A stretch of DNA of 64,000 nt from Lama glama (taxonomy: Eukaryota): assembly GCA_028534125.1 (NCBI GenBank), contig CM052816.1, positions 21,702,001 through 21,766,000 of the forward strand. Reading direction: 5' to 3'. The notes beneath the pieces were generated by a model. It searched no databases. It was not told where the DNA came from and was given only the letters and a program-made list of their open reading frames with translations. Position 1 is the stretch's first letter. Every line of letters starts with the position of its first letter. Position numbers and translations under genes: made by a program. This document shows, one piece after another, positions 43,291 through 54,789 of this stretch.

Positions 43291-46200
43291 AAAAAATTAC
43301 TCAAAGGGTATCACCTCATCTTGCCAAGGGGCTAAGAGACAGGCGTGCCACTGGGCAGAGTAGGGACAGATAAGAGGACCTCTCTAATAGGTGAGAGGTC
43401 TCCTGACTCTGAGCTCCCTTGAGCCTCCTGCCCGTAGGGACCTGGTCCTGCCATCCCCTGGATGGTCCTGAGTCTCTGCTGCCCACCCCACTGGCACTTC
43501 CTGGTCCTGCGTGGGTGGCCAGGTGAAGGCCCAATGGAACAGGCGAGAGTTCGTCTGGCAGCCTGTCACTAGCTGCCTACAGGTGGACTTGTCCACTGAG
43601 AGGGACACCTCTTGATATCCCCCCTACTGAGTTATTGAGTGTTAAAACCCCCAGTGGTGTGCCTCATGGGCTTTGGGCAGCTTCTCCTCTATACTCTGCT
43701 CCAGACGGAGCTCATGCACCAGATACCCATTCTCTTATTGGTGTGATAACAGCACTGCCCAACTCTGCCATGTGCTGTGGCATCTTAGTCCTTGGTGGAG
43801 GCCTGGCTGCAGGCCCTGGGCAGTCCGTCTGGTAGCACAGAGGATCTGGGCTGGGGGACTCAAGGATGTAGGCCCTTGAGGAAGCTGCCACTGGGAAGCA
43901 GGAGGAGGGGGCTGGCCTGGGGAGGTTTAAATATTGGGTTTGGCAAGGTCTGAGGGGTGAGGGAAAGGAAGAGAAGAAGGAGACTCTCTGGTTTCATGCT
44001 GGGCCTCTGGTGATGGCAGCTGGTGACCAAAGGAGAAAAATGGGCTGCGAGGGTCTGGATACCAGTCTATGCTGGAGCATGATTGGGCAAGTACAGGCTA
44101 GCAGGGTTTGCAGAATGGAGCAGAGGGCAGGGACAGACTACAAGGGAGTCCACAAAGGACCAGAAAAACAGCAACTAGACAGGAAGCAGGCAAACCAGGA
44201 GGGTGGGGGGCCCAGAGGGCAGCCCCTGAGGGAAGAAGTAGATCCCTGCCCCATGGGGCATGTCAGGCCTTGACAGAAGCCCAGGGCAGGGGGGGTTGGT
44301 AATGGGGTGGGGGCAAGTGTAATGGGGACATGGGGAAGAGTTCTTTGAAATGACTGTGACTAGGGTCGGGGGAAGAAGAGAGTCAAGTTGGAAAGCCAGG
44401 GGCTGGGGTGTGGTGTGATGCCATCAGTGTGGGGAGATAAAGGATAGGAGGTTATGCTGAGGCAGGGGAATTTGAGTGTTTCAGGCTTCTGAGCAGGAGC
44501 AGATCTGGTGAAGACAAGGACCAGGATGTGGCTGTAGTGGAGGCAGGTGAAGAGGCTGCGATCCAAGGTAACGTCATGAGACAAGTGCCACTGGCTGTAC
44601 ACGAGGCTTCTGGCTCAGCCCTGGGATCTGGGCCCAGAGCATCCTCAAAAAGCAAGTGGAGTGAAATGAGTGAAACCACATGAGTGCAATGAGACAAAAA
44701 ACATGTGGGGAGCCTTAGGCCTGGGTGCCCACTAAGCACAAGTCGTTTGACAAACTGTTATGAAGCACTTGCTGTGTGCAGGCTCTGTGAATAAAACAGA
44801 CATGGTCCCCCTCCTTAAGAAATGCACAGTCTTGTGGGCAGAGACAGACATGAAACCTTCCTACTCAGCTTGGGTCTCAGACCTGCAGTTTCAGTGTCAT
44901 TTGGGGGCTTGTGAGAAGTGCCACAGATGGTGGAGAGGCTGGAGTAAGTTGATCCTGGTGGGGATGGAGAGAAGCAGTCAGGTAAAGACTCAAGCAGCTA
45001 ACTTCCTCTGAGCAGCACTTACTAAATACTGGGCACTAACTTCTCTTTGTGGGTAAATTCATTTAATCCTCACAACGAGCCTTTGAGGCAGGGACTATTA
45101 TTATCTCCATTTTACAGAAGAGAAAACTGAGGCTCAAGGAGGCTGAGTTCAGGCAGCTGGGAAGTAACATCAGCAAGGCTGAATGCAGACAGGTCTGTGT
45201 ACCCCTAGAGGCTGAGCACCCACCCCAGCAGCACTGAAAAGTGACAAATTAGGAGGGGATGCAGGGTGGCAGGAGGGGGACAGTAGGATAGGGATGAGAT
45301 GTGGCCACTAAGATGATTGACAGGGAGGCCACTGGAGCCTCTAGGGGAGCAGTTTTAGGGTGTGGTTGGTTGAAAAGCCAGTGGCAGTGGGCTGAGGAGG
45401 GAGGGAGGGTGGACAGAGTGGGTTTATTTATTCTTAAGGGAAGGAGAGAGATGGAGGCAGCTGGGGGTAGGGCATGGCATCAGAGAAGGATCTTTCCAGG
45501 CAGGGAAACTTGAGCATCTCTCTGCTGGAGGTGAGCTGGGAATGGGCAAGAGAGCTGGATGGTAGGCCAGTGCAGTGAGTGCCTGAGGGGATGTGCATGG
45601 GGAGGGCTCCCAATGTCAGGTATCACACGCCCCCCTGAGCAGAGAACTCAGGGGAAGTCTGCCTGGATGGGGCCAATCTAGCAGGCAGGGAAGATACACT
45701 GGTTTTGGCAGCAGGAGGGGACCATGGCTTCTGTGTTCCCTAGGAATAGGAAACAAGGTCAGCCCTTGAGGGTTTGGGGAGGTGGGTTAGAGATATGGAG
45801 GGTGGCATGGTCAGGTGATGTGAGCTGACAGCTAGGGATGATCTTGAGGGGATGGCAGCCTCGGGTCAGAGGGTGAGGAGTTTGGGAGAATCCAGGGCTT
45901 TGCAGGGCCAGAGTGTAGAATGGCAGGGCAATGGGGCTATGAGGGGAGGCCATGATGGGCAGGGAAGGGAGCAAGGATGGCCTGAGCAAAGAGCAAAGGA
46001 GGCTGAAGGTGGCATAGTCCCTGGAGAGGCCCATCGTGTGCAACCCAGCACTTTTTCCTGTGCGAAGGACAGAGTCACATTCCACCAAGCAAATGTGATT
46101 CAGAGGGGCTGCCCAGCTGCACCACGGAGGATGGGTGGGTACCCTCCACAGAATTTCTGCAACCTCTCAGGTGGCCCAGGCAGAGCCTGGACCTCCTCCA

Positions 46201-47540
46201 GGAGCCTCCTTTGAGGTTTGCCTTGACTCTAAAGATGAAATCACAGGAACCCCCCTATCCTCCCCTGCAGGCCACAGTCTTTCCCTACCTCTTGGGAGGG
46301 GCCTGGGCCACTGTAAGAAAGTGATTCCACCCCAGGCATTTGCGTCAGCCCAGCCCAGGGAAAGCCTCCTCCGCAGGCTGGCTGATTGCAATCAGGAAGG
46401 GAAATGAATGAGGGTGCCCAGCTCTGGGCAGGCACAAGGGAGGCCCTGCTGGTGCTGGGGCAGGAGAGGCAGTACAGAACTGCTGCCTGGAGTGTGCAGG
46501 AAAGAGACCCTGTAGGTTTCCAGGATGGGCCCCATCTGACAGATCCCTGCAGTTCTGACTTGGTCCTGCCCGTGACCCTGATATACTTAGAGTGGGGCAC
46601 AGTGTCGAGGGCCTGACTGGAGGTTCACTCCTCCTTTCTGTCACTCACCCTCTCAGGCCTAGCAGAGTTTTCTGGGGTGCCCACCACCAGCAGACGCCTG
46701 GGCCTCAGTCGTCATGATGAGCTCCCTTGCCACCCTCTCCATGGCATCATGTGTCAGATTTAGTCTCCATAACCTCAGTTACACTTCCACTGGTGGCCCT
46801 GACCACACTGCCTGGCTATGTCAATACAGAAGGCAGCTCAGTGTTCCTGGCTGGCCAAGCAGTGCCATCAAGTTTCACATGCCCACTTGAGCAGAGAGCT
46901 CAGGAAAAGCCACCTGAGTGGGCCCAGATGGACAGGCCTGTCCCTCTGTCCCCCGAACCTCTGAAGTCCTTCCCCAGGGCCTGTACAGCCTCAACCTGTG
47001 CGCCCTCAGCTTTCTATCCCAGTCTGCAGGGACGTGGTCTCCTCCCCAAGTCCAGTCTAATAGAGAAGATAGATGGGGAATCACAGTTTGGAGTGATCAG
47101 CCTGGTGGGATAGGGATGGTGGGGACAAGGGAAGCCCAGAAGTGGGGCAGCCTCTCCCAGCTGGACCATGAGGGAGCACTGGAGGAAGGGGCACCTGAAC
47201 TGAAGGATGGTCTGGAGCCAGGCATGTCCCCAAGGAAGTGCTCCCAAGCACAGCTGGGTTTGGGAATACAGAGGTTCTGTCTTTGACCTCAAGCCTACTA
47301 GCCACTGCTTGAATATTCAGGTAGCTGGGGGTGGCCCTGTCATTCTTGTTATTAATAAATGTGTGGGCATTCAGTGCCTGTCACTCTCTTGTTGCTCACA
47401 TTGTACAAAAAATTTGGGACAGGCATAGAGGGCCCTCAGCCCCCAACTCCTCGTTTTCAAAGAAGCTGCCCCAAAACTATGAGGTAACAATAGTGGGACT
47501 TAAATGCTAGTAACACAGTGTTCTAGGCTCTTAACAAATA

Positions 47541-48458
47541 CAGTTGACTCTTGAACAACACAGTTTGAAAAAACTTACAGACCAACTGTGTAGCCTAGAA
47601 ACATTGAAAAAATTAAGAAAAACATAGGTATGTCATGAATGCAAAAAATATACGTAGATACTAATCTAGCCTTATGTAGGCATAAGGTGAGTGACATTTA
47701 ACATAAAATTAATAATGTGTTAATTATTTTTACTGCTTTATAACTTTGCTTTCAAAAAATTACCATATATATATTTCTCATAGTTGGAGAAACTGAGTAT
47801 CAGCCTATCATCACAGGTAAGTGGTTTTTTACAAAAATGTTAACAATGTTTCCAAGACTATTATGAATATGACTGTGACACTGTATGCCCTAACAATTAT
47901 ATACCGATCCACTCATTGGTGTTTAAGCTGGGCTACCGTGAAGCAATCCTGTCAGCTCCACTGGGCTACCACTAAGCAGTCGTATTGCTGCTACTTTGTT
48001 ATCGGTGTATGAATCGTTCCATCTGTAAATAAATATGAATTTCTTTTTCACATTATCTTTTCGTTTTTGATGTTTAGTGTTAGCAATAAGTATAAACATC
48101 TACAGTGTTTGGTATCATATAAGACAACACTGATGTGGGTACTGACAGACAATTCATCTTGTAAACAGACAACATAAACTTACAGTATCAATAAATACAG
48201 TACAGTAGTGTAGTATTTTCTTTTCTGTATGATTTTCTTAATAACATTTTCTTTCCTCTAGGTTACTTTATTGTGGGAATACAGTATATAAAGCATATAA
48301 TATAAAAACAAGTGTTAACCAGCTGCTTATGTTGTAAGGCTTCCAGTCAGCAGTAGACTATTAAGAGTTAAGTTTTTGAGGAGTCAAAAGTTACACATGG
48401 ATTTTTGTCCGTGCAGGGGTTGGTGCCCCTAATTCTCACATTGGTCAAGGGTCAAGCG
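47541..48458. mobile_element. Tigger2-derived non-autonomous DNA transposon
   Basis: TA|CAGTTGACTCTTGAACAA ... TTGGTCAAGGGTCAAGCG|TA imperfect terminal inverted repeats with TA duplication; AT-rich interior. Confidence 0.75.
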
Positions 48459-48589
48459 TATTCTTCCGAGTGTTTGAGACTTCACACAGAATGTTACCCA
48501 TGTGTATTATGTTCCCAGGCAAAATCTTGCCTGCCTCTTAGGCAGAGAGTGGGAAGCCAGTGAGGATAAATGACCGAGTCAGCTCTGCT

Positions 48590-50439
48590 CAGAGAACAGC
48601 AGAGCCAGATCCCCGCTGGGCAGAGCCACGGACAGGCCTAGGTGAGCTCAGAGCCTGGCTGCCCTCTCACCTGTGCCCGCTGTGTCTGGTGGGCAGTGGC
48701 TCTTACCTTCCTTAGTAAGGTGAAGTGAAACCCTTTGAGAGCAATTTTTCAAGTTTTACTGATCTTGAGTTCCAGAAAACAATTTTTTTTAATGTTGATT
48801 TGTTTGTTATGAAGTTTCCATATCAGAAAAGGGTACCAGCCCATCTGGAGCTTCTCCACTTGCCCCACCATCACCCCATTTCCCACTCTGCCCCCAAACT
48901 GGGCCTGTAAGGGAGGATGCAGGCCAGGCAAATTAGAGAGGACCACGGTAGCTCCCGGTAGCTCCCAGCAGCTCAGAGATGTGGTGGTCCCTCTGCCTCC
49001 TGCTTCCTCAACCTGACCATCACCTCTTTGAGTAGCTGGGGTCACACCTGGCATGGGGCAGGGCTGGCCCACCTCAGGCCAGCGGCACTCATGGGTTCTC
49101 TCTCTTGTCCTCTGAAGGAATCTAGAGACTTGAATCAGTATGTGCTGAAGGGGCGGGCTGAAGCTGAGGGCCCACTGCCTCCATACTGGTGACTGCCATG
49201 GTATTGCTTGTCACTGCCCTGGACTTGGGTGCATTTGGGTCAGGCATCCCTGGATGGTCTCACCTGAGTCTTAACTCTTTACCTGGCATCTTAATGGTAA
49301 ATGTCCAGCAGCCTATCCTTTGCCTCGTGTGGAGGTTGTGTAGTTGATGTTTTTTCCCAAGTGTGGGAACTGTAAAATTTTATGTTGGCAGAGCTGGCCG
49401 CCTCCTCTTTGGGTTCTTCTCCAGAAGCTGGTTCAAAGAGAGTTCCCCATTCACCCAAGTCCCCTCCCCTGCGCACCTGGAGCCAGGGGGCGGGATGGGC
49501 TCTGCCTTGACTGGGCTTTGCCAGAATGTGCTGCAACCTCCTCAGTTGCGTGCGCTTGAGGCAGGTGCAGTCAGCCTGAGGTCGGGGGCAGCACTGAACT
49601 GGCAAGATGGTGGGCTGGGGGAGATGGTGGAAGGCGCTGCTGAAGACCTCACTGGGCAGGAGGCAGGACTGATGCCAGAAAAGGCCACAAGAAGGACAGC
49701 CCTCCCCAACCCTGCCTCACACACTTTTTGTCACTACAGAGAAAGATCCTTCTGAGGTCTCACCTGGCTGCCTTCTGGAGCACCTTAGAGAAGTCTGTCA
49801 GTATCTTTAACTCATCTTTAACTATCAGTAAAAATCTGAAGAAGCTTGAGGTATGTGAGGCTGGGGAGGGTCCCTCTGGCACTAGGGTCTCCACATCCCC
49901 AGAAGAGCCCAGTCCAGGTCAGAGTGCATGAACTTGTCTTGCCCTTTCCCAAATAGGAGAAGCATTTCTATCCCCACTTCCCAGTTCCTACCCCTCTCCT
50001 GCCACCAACCCCTCCAGGGCCAGGGGCAGAGCTACCACCCAGTACCTTCTTAGTCATGGAGGCCTTGCAGCTCCTAGTGAGGCCCCCGTTCCACCCACCC
50101 CACCCCATGCAGCACCCAAAGTTTGACTGGCTTCTCTTGTCTCCAGTCCACAGGAACTCCTGCAAACCTTGACCATCCCCACGACCATATCCCAGGTAAG
50201 CTGCGAACCGGGCTGGAATGCCCACGGCCCAAACGGAGCATGGTATCAGCCGTACACCTTCCGGCTTCCCCACACCTGACCCAAATTTCTGATTTCTTCC
50301 AAAGGAGTAGAGCAAATCTTAGTGAGAGATTTTAACATCTTCTCAAAAGTTGAGTATCTTCCTGAAAACCCTGGATGATGCCCCGAAGTCCTTACTGAAC
50401 TGCCCACAAACTCTGAAAACCTTGTGCACAGTCCTCTAG
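48590..50439 (+). pseudogene. Inverted, unprocessed IL3-paralogue pseudogene
   Basis: Promoter homology to IL3 at about 48590-48831. Exon remnants: 48979-49027 (MWWSLCLLL.../NLTITS), 49118-49150 (ESRDLNQYVLK), 49740-49850 (RKILLRSHLAAFWSTLEK...KNLKKLE), 50154-50195 (ELLQTLTIPTTISQ), 50305-50439 (...QKLSIFLKTLDD...). Intron 1 and splice flanks match IL3. Lesions: exon 1 deletion, donors 1 and 2 not GT, stops at the start of exon 5. Confidence 0.88.
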
Positions 50440-53189
50440 TCCAGGCCTTTGCACACCCAGGGCTCAGAGCTGGGCTCGTGTCCTCGTCTCAGTCCTCCTC
50501 CCTGATACTCCAGTTAATGCTCTGCTCCATCATGGATCTCAGCCATTGAACCAGGCTGCTCAAGTTTGGTTTCAGGGTTACTTCTATTTATATAACAGTT
50601 TATTTTTTTATCCACCCTATTGTGGTGTTATTTATTAATGGAGGCCTCTGGTCAGAGGCGGTGTGGCACCATTTTCTTTTGTATCTCGAATTTCAGTGGG
50701 GTTCCTTCTCCTCTGGGAAAAATAATCTCTTTATGAAAAGGTCGTTTTGTGCCCAGTATTGCATTTCTAGCTGGTTTATCCATCTGACTTGAGACTGGAT
50801 CACGGTTCTGACATTTCACAGTTAGTTTATTTAATGCTATGGTTTTGATTCTCCTTGGGCTTCTGTCTTTGAGTGTTTCCTATGCCCTGAGCAGGCTCAC
50901 CTAGACCCTGCTTCTTCTTTCTGGCTTGGTCACCATCGCCCCCTACCGGTTCCCTCTCCACTCATCCCTTCCCCACCACCACCATGTGCCTCCTAGCATC
51001 TCTCTGCTCCATCCACTTCTCATCATTCCCATGAGCACTCATTACCTGACCCAGGCCTGTCTGCCTGAGTTCCTACGATAGCTCCCAGGCTGGGCCTCTC
51101 CCATCCTATTTCCCACAGCTGTCAGAGCAGACTTTCTGGACATCTTTCTGCTCATTCCACCACTGCTGTTGTCCCTCCAGTGACTTACAGTCAGCCTCCA
51201 TGGATCAGGCCCCTGGAGAATGCAGCCTAGTTTTACTCCTAAGAAGATCCCCAGTGAGGATCCACAGGGCTCTTTCTAGTCCAGGAAACAAGCGGTCCTT
51301 GTTTGTTTGGGATCCTGGCCTCCCAAAGTCCCCTCACCCCTATTTAAATAGGCCTTTGATTCTCTCTCCCTTCCCTGCCCTTCTTTACCTCCTGGGAGCC
51401 ATACCTCGGAGTCTATGGGATGAGAAGCATGTAGCCCACACCACGCGGTATGAAAGGTCCTCATGTTTTTGTTCTCCCATCAGACTCAATCTAAAACAAC
51501 TCTAATGGCCAGACACTGAGCAGCTGCCATGCTGCTGTCCTCCTGGTTAGCTGTTGCTCAGGTGCCATTTGCTTGTTCTAAACTTCCCCCTCGAGATTAA
51601 ATGACAGTTTAACAGGATGCTGAGTAGGGTTTTACCTATGCCCTGGAAAAGAGGACCAGCATCCAGCCCTGCGCCTGTCTGAGCCAAGTAAACAACCACT
51701 GGGGCAGAAGGCCTGGACACTTCTGTCCTCTCACTGTTTGCTGAAGAAAGAATGTGTGGTTTTCTAGGGCCTGGGCCTGAGTGGACACTTGGAAGTTAGA
51801 AGTGCTGGAACCCCCAGTGAAGAAGGGCCCCTGCCAGGTGAGGGGACCCATGGGGGAGAGATTGTGGGTGACCACAGGGATGGGAGCAAGGGGTTCGGAA
51901 GAGATCGAGCAAAGAGTTTTCCCTTGATGGGGAACTATGAGGTAGGGAGTCCTTCCTGTGCCTACAGGGACTCTGGAAGGATGCACACACATGCCCCCTG
52001 GGGACCCACCTGCCACAGAGAGCCTCACAGTTGGATAAGCCCAGGCTGAAAAGCAACACCAGATAAGAGAATGGAAATAGTGCTTGTTCCATCCTCCTCA
52101 CCCCAGTACACCCAGGAAGGAAAGGGCCCTGAAGAGGGAGGACGGGAGAGTACCGTGAGACCATGCCATCCCCAATTCCATCCTCTCAGCTCTTTACAGC
52201 GGAGCTGGCCAGCCACAGGGAGGGGAAGAAATGAGCGTCAAATTGGCTCTATGCAGTGTTAATTGCTTTTATAACCCAAGTGACTCAGCAGTTGGGAGTT
52301 TCCCCAAGAAGTTGACCAGAGTCAGGAAAGGGTGGGAGGAAGAGACACACAGTTGAAGGAAGTGATTGGAAAACATAGAAGCGGCATTTCACATGTGTGC
52401 CCGACACGTGGCAGTCAACCCATAGCTCCTTGCAGTTAGCAAACATCCGAAGTCTGGCTGCTGCAGCCCCTGCTGAGGTTCCCCCAGGCCCGTCACTCAA
52501 AGCTAGTCATTTCCATCTACTTGGCTCCCAATTCAAGTGCCCTGGCTATCTCCTTCTGCAGGAGATCTCTCAGGTATGGATAAAATTCCACTCCCACAGA
52601 AGTGGGAGGCATTTCCCTAAGACTGAGACAGGAGGGTTTAGATATGGTTTTGGTTCTGTCTCTGACCCACATGCGTTTTTCTTTGGGGCACTTCTCTGAG
52701 AGCTTAAGCTCTCTAAGTCCTGGACAGTTACCTTCTCTGTGCTGTGCCTGCCTGGAGGGTCCTGAACCTCCTTCTCCCCCTCTGCACACAGGACCCCGCT
52801 TTTGGCTTCTTATGTTAACTCCTTTTATATTTGCAGAAGTTTAGGTTGAAACAGTTGCTTGACTCTTGAGCAGCACATCTTCCAAACATTTCCTTGTGCA
52901 CTGGGTCTCACAGATTTGCCAAAGACTTTTTCAACTCTGAGGACTTTTTCAGACTTGACCACTGAGTCACATTCCTGTCATTCCACTGACTGTGCTTAGT
53001 ATCCCACAAGGCTGGGATGAGTTTAGGGGGCCCGAGCCTGGAGAGCCACACTTCTCTTCTGCCCGGATGCATGTGTCAGTAGGATGCAGGGTCAGGGATG
53101 GCAGGTACAAGTGGATTTGGAGCCTGTGGGTCTCACGGGCCTTGGTAGCTGTAACTGCACTGATCTCTCTAATGTTTATTTTCTTACTG

Positions 53190-54090
53190 AAATGGCCTTA
53201 GTTCCTCGCTTTGAAACATCTAGTCTGTATCTGTACACCAACGTTCACAGCTACCTTAGTCCGTCCGACTGCTCTAACAAAACGCCGTAGACAGGGCGGG
53301 CTAATACACAACAGAAACGTATTTCCTACAGTTCTAGAAGCAAGGTGAAGTTGCTGGCAGGTTCGACGTCTGACGAGGGGCTGTTCCCTCGTTCACAGGT
53401 GCCTGTCTTTTCACCATAACCTCCCGTGGAAGAAGAGGCAAGGGAACTCTCTAGGGTCTCGTTTGTAAGGGCACTAACTCATTCACGTAATCTCTGTTTG
53501 TGCGTCCTAATCACCTCCCAAAGGCCCCATGAACAAATACCATCACTTTGGGGATTAGATTTCAACACACGAATTTTGGAGGGACAAAATCATTCTGTCT
53601 GTGGTAGCAGCATTATTCACAATAGCCAAGAGGGGGAAACAACCCACATGTCCATCAACAGACAAATGGATAAACAAAATATGGTGTATACATACATGGA
53701 CTTTTATTCAGCCTTAAAGAGGAAGGAAATTCTGACACACACTATAATATGAATGAAACTTGAAGACATTGTGCTCAGTGAAATAAGTCAGACAACGAAA
53801 GGACAAATACTGCATTTTGCTCACATGAGATACTGCAAGTAATCAAATTCATAGGACAGAATGTAGAAAGGGGTTGCCAGGGGCTGGGGGGAGGGGAGAA
53901 TGAAGTGTTATCCCTTAACAGGTACAGAATTTCAGTTTGGGAAGATGAAAAAGTCCTGGAGATGGATGATGGTGATCTTTGCACAAGATGAGTACGCTGA
54001 CACTATGATATTAATGCCACTGAACTATACTCTTAAAATTATTAAAATGGTAAATTTTATGTTATATATATTTTACTACAAAAAAAATCT
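53190..54090 (+). mobile_element. L1MB-type 3' end interrupted by an MLT1 LTR (about 53252-53605, minus)
   Basis: AGCAGCATTATTCACAATAGCCAA, ATGGATAAACAAAATATGGT, A tail; MLT1 motifs CCTAATCACCTCCCAAAGGCCCC, GATTTCAACACACGAATTTTGG. Confidence 0.75.
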
Positions 54091-54789
54091 AGCCTGGATG
54101 TTTTTTCAATTGACTAGGGACTTTTCTGAAGTTTCCCATCAGGCAAATCTCTCACTGTATTGACAGAGCCCTCAGAGCACCATTTGTAGGGTTCTCTCCA
54201 CCCTGATCCCTGGTTCTTCCTCAGACGGGGTCCTTGTGCCTCACCAACCTGGTAAATGCCTCTTCATCTTGACACTCAAGAGGTTCACCTCTGTGTGTCC
54301 CTCCCAGCCTCCTCACCCACCCATGGGCGGTACCTGCCCTCCCATGTGGCTGGGCTACACCTGCAGTTCTCTCGGTTTATGAGAGTGTGTGTACCAGGCC
54401 CAGAGGTTTCCGTGGTGAGCCACATCAGCTTCCTCCCTGTGCCCTTGGAGGCCTGAGTGGGGGATAGGGGACCATCCTGGAAGTCTTGGGAGAACAAACG
54501 TTCTGGGCTCAGATACCAGGCAATCAGGGTAGCAAGCAGGTAGAAGTACCCATGAAGATGGCTCTGGTGACTGGAAGCCTGCTGCTCATGGCAGGACCTG
54601 GAACAGCCCCAGGCTGTATGTGTTTGACATTTGCGAATGTCAGCTACATAGATTTAGATCTGCCATGGAGTAAGCTCAGGGTTGGAGGAAGAGAAACTGG
54701 TGGAAAAGGCAAGGCATGGTTCTATCATCTTGCCAAACATTCCTCGTGCTAAAGCTTTTCTAATTCTCTTTGGCTTTCCAGTATGAAGT

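Noticed and set aside
48979..50439. IL3 paralogue as a functional gene
   Set aside because: Independent lesions in exon 1, two splice donors, exon 5 and the promoter; too many for assembly error.
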